Assembly (NCBI GenBank): GCA_965649825.1 | Contig: OZ287701.1 | Coordinates: 1,475,759 to 1,496,540, forward strand | Source of the DNA: Penicillus capitatus | Lineage: Eukaryota > Plantae > Chlorophyta | Length of the DNA: 20,782 nucleotides | Reading direction: 5' to 3' | In this document: one piece after another, positions 1 through 8,239 of the stretch | Numbering within the stretch: the stretch's first letter is position 1 | Layout of the letters: each line of letters begins with the position of its first letter | Notes under the pieces: model-generated | What the model was told of the DNA's origin: nothing | Database searches by the model: none | Seen by the model: the letters and a program-made list of their open reading frames with translations, nothing else | Program-made: the position numbers and the translations under genes

Positions 1-294
1 CTGGCCGGTGCGCTCCGAAGCTGGCATTACGTAATTGTCCTTCTTCACAAACACGTACTCAGTTACGGAAGCCTTACCCCCTGTTTTGAGGCCGAGGGCC
101 GGGTTACACTAGCCTACTTGCCGTTTTTGAGGCCGAGGGCCGGGTTACACTAGCCTATGTGGCGTTTTTGAGGCCGAAGGCCGGGTTACAGTAGCCTATG
201 TGGCGATTTTGAGGCCGAAGGCCGGGTTACACTAGCCTATGTGGCGATTTTGAGGCCGAAGGCCGGGTTACAGTAGCCTACTTGCCGATTTTGA

Positions 295-780
295 GGCCGA
301 GTGACGGGTTACAGTGACCGACTTGCCGATTTCGGGACAGCCGCAAAAAGCAGTACACCAGTTGCTCGACTAGCGGAGTGCGCGATGAATGCTGACGGCA
401 GATTGTTCGGGTCCGAAGTTGAACGCTTTCGGATGTTCGAGAGCACGCGGTCCGCGGAACTGGTTCACCTGTCGAAATGATCGAAGTCGAGTCAAAAGCA
501 GTACACCAGTTGGTCGACTCGCGGAGTGCACGATGAATGCCGACAGCCGATCGTTCGGGTCCGAAGTTGATCGCGTTCGGATGTTCAAGAGCACGCGGTC
601 CGCGGAACTTGTTCACCTGTCGAAATGACCGAAATCGAGTCGATTGCAGTACACCAGTTGCTCCACGCGGGGGACGGACGTTGCAGAAAGCAAGCCGGTG
701 CGCTCCGAAGCTGAAATTACGTAATTGTCCGAGTTCACAGAAACGTTCTCGGTCACGGAAGCCTTACCCCCTGTTTTGAG
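295..780. repeat. Long block with a tandemly duplicated 148-bp subunit
   Basis: gcagtacaccagttg occurs at 350, 498 and 646 (period 148). In later blocks it occurs only twice (e.g. 2310 and 2458, again 148 apart). Confidence 0.9.
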
Positions 781-2260
781 GCCGAGGGCCGGGTTACAGT
801 AGCCTACTTGCCGTTTTTGAGGCCGAGGTCCGGGTTACACTAGCCTATGTGGCGTTTTTGAGGCCGAGGTCCGGGTTACACTAGCCTATGTGGCGATTTT
901 GAGGTCGAGGGCCGGGTTACAATAGCCTACTTGCCGTTTTTGAGGCCGAGGGCCGGGTTACAGTAGCCTACTTGCCGTTTTTGAGGCCGAGGGCCGGGTT
1001 ACAGTAGCCTATGTGGCGTTTTTGAGGCCGAGAACCGGGTTACAGTAGCCTATGTGGCGTTTTTGAGGCCGAAGGCCGGGTTACACTAGCCTATGTGGCG
1101 ATTTTGAGGCCGAAGGCCGGGTTACACTAGCCTATGTGGCGATTTTGAGGCCGAGGCTCGGGTTACACTAGCCTATGTGGCGATTTTGAGGCCGAAGGCC
1201 GGGTTACACTAGCCTATGTGGCGATTTTGAGGCCGAAGGCCGGGTTACACTAGCCTATGTGGCGTTTTTGAGGCCGAGGGCCGGGTTACAGTAGGCTTAC
1301 CCCCTGTTTTGAGGTCGAGGCTCAGGTTACACTAGCCTATGTTGCGATTTTGAGGCCGACGGCCGGGTTACAGTAGCCTACTTGCCGTTTTGAGGCCGAG
1401 GGCCGGGTTACAGTAGCCTACTTGCCGTTTTTGAGGCCGAAGGCCGGGTTACACTAGCCTATGTGGCGATTTTGAGGCCGAGGCTCGGGTTACACTAGCC
1501 TATGTGGCGATTTTGAGGCCGAAGGCCGGGTTACACTAGCCTATGTGGCGTTTTTGAGGCCGAGGTCCGGGTTACAGTAGCCTATGTGGCGATTTTGAGG
1601 CCGAGGGCCGGGTTACAGTAGCCTACATGGCGTTTTTGAGGCCGAAGGCCGGGTTACAGTAGCCTATGTGGCGTTTTTGAGGCCGAGGGCCGGGTTACAG
1701 TAGCCTATGTGGCGTTTTTGAGGCCGAAGGCCGGGTTACACTAGCCTATGTGGCGATTTTGAGGCCGAAGGCCGGGTTACACTAGCCTATGTGGCGATTT
1801 TGAGGCCGAGGCTCGGGTTACACTAGCCTACATGGCGTTTTTGAGGCCGAAGGCCGGGTTACAGTAGCCTATGTGGCGATTTTGAGGCCGAAGGCCGGGT
1901 TACACTAGCCTATGTGGCGTTTTTGAGGCCGAGGGCCGGGTTACAGTAGGCTTACCCCCTGTTTTGAGGTCGAGGCTCAGGTTACACTAGCCTATGTTGC
2001 GATTTTGAGGCCGACGGCCGGGTTACAGTAGCCTACTTGCCGTTTTTGAGGCCGAGGGCCGGGTTACACTAGCCTATGTGGCGTTTTTGAGGCCGAGGGC
2101 CGGGTTACAGTAGCCTATGTGGCGATTTTGAGGCCGAAGGCCGGGTTACACTAGCCTATGTGGCGATTTTGAGGCCGAGGGCCGGGTTACAGTAGCCTAT
2201 GTGGCAATTTTGAGGCCGAAGGCCGGGTTACAGTAGGCTTACCCCCTGTTTTGAGGCCGA
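771..2260. repeat. Uninterrupted run of ~36 41-bp monomers with an internal 16-monomer duplication
   Basis: Head-to-tail monomers without spacers. The rare variant trio gtaggcttaccccctg / gtcgaggctcagg...gttgcg / gacggcc recurs at 1291 and 1946 (655 bp = 16x41 minus a 1-nt deletion near 1388). Confidence 0.92.
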
Positions 2261-5200
2261 GTGACGGGTTACAGTGACCGACTTGCCGATTTCGGGACAG
2301 CCGCAAAAAGCAGTACACCAGTTGCTCGACTAGCGGAGTGCACGATGAATGCTGACGGCAGATCGTTCGGGTCCGAAGTTGAACGCTTTCGGATGTTCGA
2401 GAGCACGCGGTCCGCGGAACTGGTTCACCTGTCGAAATGACCGAATTCGAGTCAAAAGCAGTACACCAGTTGCTCCACGCGGGGGACGGACGTTGCAGAA
2501 TTCTGGCCGGTGCGCTCCGAAGCTGGCATTACGTAATTGTCCTTCTTCACAGAAACGTACTCAGTTACGGAAGCCTTACCCCCTGTTTTGAGGCCGAGGG
2601 CCCGGTTACAGTAGCCTATGTGGCGTTTTTGAGGCCGAAGGCCGGGTTACAGTAGCCTATGTGGCGTTTTTGAGGCCGAAGGCCGGGTTACAGTAGCCTG
2701 TGTGGCGTTTTTGAGGCCGAGGGCCGGGTTACACTAGCCTATGTGGCGTTTTTGAGGCCGAGGGCCGGGTTACACTAGCCAATGTGGCGATTTTGAGGCC
2801 GATGGCGGGGTTACACTAGCCTATGTGCCGATTTTGAGGCCGATGGCGGGGTTACACTAGCCTATGTGGCGATTTTGAGGCCGAGGGCCGGGTTACACTA
2901 GCCTACTTGCCGATTTTGAGGCCGAGGGCCGGGTTACACTAGCCTACTTGCCGATTTTGAGGCCGAGGGCCCGGTTACACTAGCCTTACCCCGTGTTTTG
3001 AGGGCGAGTGACGGGTTACAGTGACCGACTTGGCGATCTCGGGACACCTGCAAAAAGCAGTACACCAGTTGCTCGACTCGCAAAGTGCGCGATAAATTAT
3101 CACAGCCGATCGTTCGGGTCCGAAGCTGAACGCTTTCGGATGTTCAAGAGCACGCGGTCTGCGAAACTGGTTCGCTTGTCGAAATGTCCGAAGTCGAGTC
3201 AAAAGCAGTACACCACTTGCTCCACGCGGGGGACGGACGTTGCAGAAAGCAAGCCGGTGCGCTCCGAAGCTGAAATTACGTAATTGTCCGTGTTCGTAGA
3301 AACGTTCTCGGACACGAAAGCCTTACCCCCTGTTTTGAGGCCGAGTGACGGGTTACAGTGACCGACTTGCCGATTTCGGGACAGCCGCAAAAAGCAGTAC
3401 ACCAGTTGCTCGACTAGCGGAGTGCACGATGAATGCTGACGGCAGATCGTTCAGGTCTGAAGTTGAACGCTTTCGGATGTTCGAGAGCACGCGTCCGCGG
3501 AACTGGTTCACCTGTCGAAATGACCGAATTCGAGTCAAAAGCAGTACACCAGTTGCTCCACGCGGGGGACGGACGTTGCAGAATTCTGGCCGGTGCGCTC
3601 CGAAGCTGGCATTACGTAATTGTCCTTCTTCACAGAAACGTACTCAGTTACGGAAGCCTTACCCCCTGTTTTGAGGCCGAGGGCCCGGTTACAGTAGCCT
3701 ATGTGGCGTTTTTGAGGCCGAAGGCCGGGTTACAGTAGCCTATGTGGCGTTTTTGAGGCCGAAGGCCGGGTTACAGTAGCCTGTGTGGCGTTTTTGAGGC
3801 CGAGGGCCGGGTTACACTAGCCTATGTGGCGTTTTTGAGGCCGATAGCCGGGTTACACTAGCCAATGTGGCGATTTTGAGGCCGATGGCGGGGTTACACT
3901 AGCCTATGTGCCGATTTTGAGGCCGATGGCGGGGTTACACTAGCCTATGTGGCGATTTTGAGGCCGAGGGCCGGGTTACACTAGCCTACTTGCCGATTTT
4001 GAGGCCGAGGGCCGGGTTACACTAGCCTACTTGCCGATTTTGAGGCCGAGGGCCCGGTTACACTAGCCTTACCCCGTGTTTTGAGGGCGAGTGACGGGTT
4101 ACAGTGACCGACTTGGCGATCTCGGGACACCTGCAAAAAGCAGTACACCAGTTGCTCGACTCGCAAAGTGCGCGATAAATTATCACAGCCGATCGTTCGG
4201 GTCCGAAGCTGAACGCTTTCGGATGTTCAAGAGCACGCGGTCTGCGAAACTGGTTCGCTTGTCGAAATGTCCGAAGTCGAGTCAAAAGCAGTACACCACT
4301 TGCTCCACGCGGGGGACGGACGTTGCAGAAAGCAAGCCGGTGCGCTCCGAAGCTGAAATTACGTAATTGTCCGTGTTCGTAGAAACGTTCTCGGACACGA
4401 AAGCCTTACCCCCTGTTTTGAGGCCGAGTGACGGGTTACAGTGACCGACTTGCCGATTTCGGGACAGCCGCAAAAAGCAGTACACCAGTTGCTCGACTAG
4501 CGGAGTGCACGATGAATGCTGACGGCAGATCGTTCGGGTCTGAAGTTGAACGCTTTCGGATGTTCGAGAGCACGCGTCCGCGGAACTGGTTCACCTGTCG
4601 AAATGACCGAATTCGAGTCAAAAGCAGTACACCAGTTGCTCCACGCGGGGGACGGACGTTGCAGAATTCTGGCCGGTGCGCTCCGAAGCTGGCATTACGT
4701 AATTGTCCTTCTTCACAGAAACGTACTCAGTTACGGAAGCCTTACCCCCTGTTTTGAGGCCGAGGGCCCGGTTACAGTAGCCTATGTGGCGTTTTTGAGG
4801 CCGAAGGCCGGGTTACAGTAGCCTATGTGGCGTTTTTGAGGCCGAAGGCCGGGTTACAGTAGCCTGTGTGGCGTTTTTGAGGCCGAGGGCCGGGTTACAC
4901 TAGCCTATGTGGCGATTTTGAGGCCGAGGGCCGGGTTACACTAGCCTATGTGCCGATTTTGAGGCCGATGGCGGGGTTACACTAGCCTATGTGGCGATTT
5001 TGAGGCCGAGGGCCGGGTTACACTAGCCTACTTGCCGATTTTGAGGCCGAGGGCCGGGTTACACTAGCCTACTTGCCGATTTTGAGGCCGAGGGCCCGGT
5101 TACACTAGCCTTACCCCGTGTTTTGAGGGCGAGTGACGGGTTACAGTGACCGACTTGGCGATCTCGGGACACCTGCAAAAAGCAGTACACCAGTTGCTCG

Positions 5201-5469
5201 ACTCGCAAAGTGCGCGATAAATTATCACAGCCGATCGTTCGGGTCCGAAGCTGAACGCTTTCGGATGTTCAAGAGCACGCGGTCTGCGGAACTGGTTCGC
5301 TTGTCGAAATGTCCGAAGTCGAGTCAAAAGCAGTACACCACTTGCTCCACGCGGGGGACGGACGTTGCAGAAAGCAAGCCGGTGCGCTCCGAAGCTGAAA
5401 TTACGTAATTGTCCGTGTTCGTAGAAACGTTCTCGGACACGAAAGCCTTACCCCCTGTTTTGAGGCCGT
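2261..5469. repeat. Three near-identical higher-order repeat units (block A + 9-10 monomers + block B), 1084/1083/1042 bp
   Basis: Units start at 2261, 3345 and 4428 (gtgacgggttacagtgaccgacttgccg). Block B starts at 3008, 4091 and 5133. The third unit is exactly 41 bp shorter (one monomer fewer). The duplicated spurious ORFs in the track show the same offsets. Confidence 0.95.
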
Positions 5470-5545
5470 GGTCCGGGTTACACTAGCCTACATGCCGTTT
5501 TTGAGGCGTAGGGCCGGGTTACACTAGCCTATGTGGCGATTTATA

Positions 5546-5891
5546 CCGCCGAATTCTACTCCAATCGCACCCATTGGGTCCGGCCGACAACTTCCGCATG
5601 CACTTGCAGCGTGTCGCCGGCGGCATCTTGCACTTCGAAACCGTACTTACAGGTCAGGTTACACCTAATGTGACGCAGGGCTCCAGCACTTAGGCGCACC
5701 AAGACGCCAAAGGGGTCGGACGGGCAACTCGCCATCGGCACGGTAAACGTCCCAAATTGCGTTATGACCCCTCACTCGGCCGAGTTCGCGGAGTATCGGC
5801 CCTCAGGCGGCCGATCCGGTATTTCACAGGGGCCGCCGTGTACGCCAACCCAGGCGGCAACGGCCGCCGAATTCCACTCCAACCGCACCCA
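5546..5891. repeat. 28-bp imperfect direct repeats (26/28 identical) bracketing a GC-rich 318-bp unit at the satellite/unique junction
   Basis: ccgccgaattctactccaatcgcaccca at 5546-5573 and ccgccgaattccactccaaccgcaccca at 5864-5891. Confidence 0.8.
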
Positions 5892-6449
5892 ATTTCTTTA
5901 ACATGATTGTCGCAGTACTTTTGGCAGGTTAGACGAGTTAAACCTGTGAGCATTCTGAATGTTTAGTGCAGAAAAATGGATGAAAGGAATGCTAAGCATA
6001 TTTGCTTTGAGGTTTTTAAAAAGATTTATTAGACGAGCACAGAAGAAACTGAACAAAACCAGGATTGAACGTGGGAGCTCGTGCTTGATGAAATCGGATT
6101 TTGCTACATCGGTCTTGTACAACCGACTCCTTAGTGGGCACAAGTGTGTTTGACACTCTGATGCATACCTTGACAAACAACAGTAACGCCGTACTTTCAC
6201 ATGCAGTCAGTGAAAAATGAGAAACAAAGTAAATGCATTGATACGTGTCAAAAGATGGCGCCATTTTATGAAGAAACGTTAATGGGACGTCGATGTAATT
6301 GGCAGCGTTTCTGTCACTTAGTCCTTCTCACGCCTTTGGCTGCGTGACGGAACCGTCGCTGCCAAGTCGCGTTGAGGAAGGGCGAGTCGTGATGATTAGG
6401 AGTGAGTTCCCATGAAGTTCGCATCGAGGTTCCTTGAAAGGTTTGAAAT

Positions 6450-6464
6450 CTCATGGGGCATTGG
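6450..6464 (+). repeat. Left target-site duplication of the SINE-like element
   Basis: ctcatggggcattgg, identical to 6864-6878. It abuts nucleotide 1 of the tRNA-like head. Confidence 0.9.
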
Positions 6465-6536
6465 GCCCTCGTGGTGTAATGGTTGGCACACTTGAGGTTT
6501 TCTCAAGAGGCGTGGGTTCGAATCCCGCCGAGGCGC
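6465..6536 (+). pseudogene. Degenerate tRNA-like head of the SINE (parent tRNA not assignable)
   Basis: D-arm GTGT/GCAC; anticodon stem CTTGA/TCAAG with non-canonical loop GGTTTTC (positions 34-36 read TTT, but G33 and T37); T-arm GTGGG-TTCGAAT-CCCGC; acceptor stem only 5/7 paired (GCCCTCG vs CGAGGCG). Confidence 0.75.
6472..6525 (+). promoter_or_regulatory. RNA polymerase III type-2 internal promoter (A box and B box)
   Basis: A box TGGTGTAATGG at 6472-6482; B box GGTTCGAATCC at 6515-6525; tRNA-like spacing. Confidence 0.75.
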
Positions 6537-6863
6537 CCCGTGAGTCACTCGGGTGATAGTGACTGGCCGGAGGGTGAAGCGGCGACTCATCATGATCAAG
6601 AAAATCGGAAGATTGGGCAATTAAAAAGACGCGGGTCAAGTCCAGACCGGAGCATGCGGTTAGACGTGAGGTGGACGACGAATCGTCGCAGACGCTGTGA
6701 GACATGTGAAGCGACGGATGGAAGCACGAGTCACCTAATTGAACGATTGAACGGTGAATTGACAATGGGCGTCGGGTGGTAAATGTGAATGCCACTGTAA
6801 GTAAATGCACAGAACCATGGAACATGCTCTAAGAGCGCACCATGTAAAAGAGGAATTCTCCTC

Positions 6864-6878
6864 CTCATGGGGCATTGG
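6864..6878 (+). repeat. Right target-site duplication of the SINE-like element
   Basis: ctcatggggcattgg, identical to 6450-6464. Flanking bases differ on both sides, so the duplication is exactly 15 bp. Confidence 0.9.
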
Positions 6879-8239
6879 AAACTCACTGTTGAATTTTACA
6901 GGTTTTCCTAACTTGTCCCGTCGCTCCAATCATTAGAGGAGTATGCAAGCGAGGCTCTGATACATATAAAATCTTTCGCTTGATATCTGAGTTTACACTT
7001 GAGTTTGTCCATCAAAACGTCTACTGTCTATCGTCGTTCTAACGAATTGTCGCTTGGCTGCACCTTTGGTTTGTTTGGCCACATACCCTTGCCCATCTTC
7101 ATTTTGCTTCTAGACTTCCGCTGCGCTTGTGAGATGAGCCAACCCGGAGACGATTCAAGCGCCCAATCTCCTCGTCCGCGAATCCCTCGCCGCCGTGGTG
7201 ATGGAGAAATACATGTTCCCACAGAAGACATCATAAGGGACGTGGAGAGTCAGACTGTCAGGGTAATTCTTCACAATACGCGTAAGACGTGGCCGATAAA
7301 AGCCGAACGTGTTTGTTGTTTAAAAGGATACGATGTCTGAATCAACGCCCCTTTTATAATGTTTTCTGCATGGCGTCATGCTTCTTGTAATGATGTGGTT
7401 TGTCGTGCTTCGTTCCTTTTTCTACTCGAGAACTTCATGACAGTAGTTTGATAGAAGAGCCTTTTTCGTCGTATGATCGCATTTGTTAATGCTAGATAGA
7501 ATGTTGACAAATGAAACCTCAGACTTATTCGAGCCCAAGATGCTTTTAGTTCGATAGTAAGTAACATTGTATCGATATATAATTCTAGTGCATGTTTGGA
7601 GTATCTTTGTTATAGACACTACTAAAAGCTTCTTTAAATTGTCTAACTTGTTCGATTGCGTCGTGTACGGAGCGCGGTGGGCCGGACGCCGTCGGCGCGC
7701 ATGCGAATTCTGAAGCAGCGGGAAACGAACGCGGACTAATAATAATTGTTCTTTCTGATTGTCAATTTCACAGCTTCTTCGCTGACATGCCGACACTTCA
7801 ATCCATCAGATTGCATCAGCCCATGATGCAACAAGCCAAAAAACGATCACTTTGACTTAAATTTTACACAATACGAAATGACATGTGTTTTATGGTCGAT
7901 AAACAAACTAAGATAGAGAGATAAATAATGGCTTGTCGCTTCCATGACGGAGATTTCTAGTAGTATAAGCAACAGAGAATAAAATTATATCCACGCTTCG
8001 AATCGTAAACGGACGAAGGAACTTGTGCTTCGATCATACTCTTTTGTAAGGTACACCAACAAGCTGGAAACTTTTATTGAACTCCCGTCGTAAACAACTG
8101 ACATGTCAAAAGATTCCATAAACCATAGTACGATCTCTTGCGTACAAGATGTATGCAAGGCAAAGAGAACCGTCTTACTTTTGTAAAGAAATCCAACAAG
8201 AATGAGTTTTGCTTAAAGATAAACACAAGTCAGAGTGAA

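Larger units (their letters stand above)
1..5542. repeat. Complex satellite / tandem repeat array (41-bp monomer interleaved with ~330-480 bp blocks); continues beyond the left edge
   Basis: Monomer consensus ttttgaggccga(a/g)ggccgggttaca(c/g)tagcctatgtggcg(a/t). Period is 41 (e.g. ttacactag at 1081 and 1122). Variants carry ctacttgccg or cttaccccctg in the 3' part. The array ends at ...atgtggcgattt (5542). 41 is not a multiple of 3 and the monomer contains tag/tga, so it is read as non-coding. Confidence 0.97.
6465..6863 (+). mobile_element. tRNA-derived SINE-like retroposon (399 bp)
   Basis: 5' tRNA-like cloverleaf with A and B boxes, unrelated ~330-bp body, 3' GAGGA-ATTC-TCCTC hairpin ending in a short (CTC)n tail. 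Flanked by an exact 15-bp direct repeat starting precisely at the tRNA 5' end. Confidence 0.82.

Noticed and set aside
278-5408. Numerous 60-110 aa ORFs in the satellite blocks
   Set aside because: They recur at the repeat offsets (148, 1083, 1042), overlap on both strands, change frame with 1-nt indels, and show no protein motif.
78-5542. CRISPR array
   Set aside because: The 41-bp units are contiguous with no unique spacers, no cas genes are present, and the context is eukaryotic.
1-5542. Telomeric repeat (GGGTTA in every monomer)
   Set aside because: Only one hexamer per 41 bp, never tandem; and a left chromosome end would show the C-rich strand on plus.
1-5900. rDNA intergenic spacer subrepeats
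   Set aside because: No rRNA sequence recognisable anywhere in the window; cannot be excluded for DNA left of position 1.
6465-6536. Functional tRNA-Lys(TTT) gene
   Set aside because: Anticodon loop lacks U33 and purine 37, the first two acceptor pairs are mismatched, and the unit sits inside a TSD-flanked insertion.
6396-6929. ORFs overlapping the SINE (74-124 aa)
   Set aside because: No motifs; they cross the element boundaries; best explained as chance.
6999-7796. ORFs 6999-7340 (+) and 7422-7796 (-)
   Set aside because: No recognisable domain or supportable splice model. A short gene starting at MSQPGDD (7135) is possible but unsupported.
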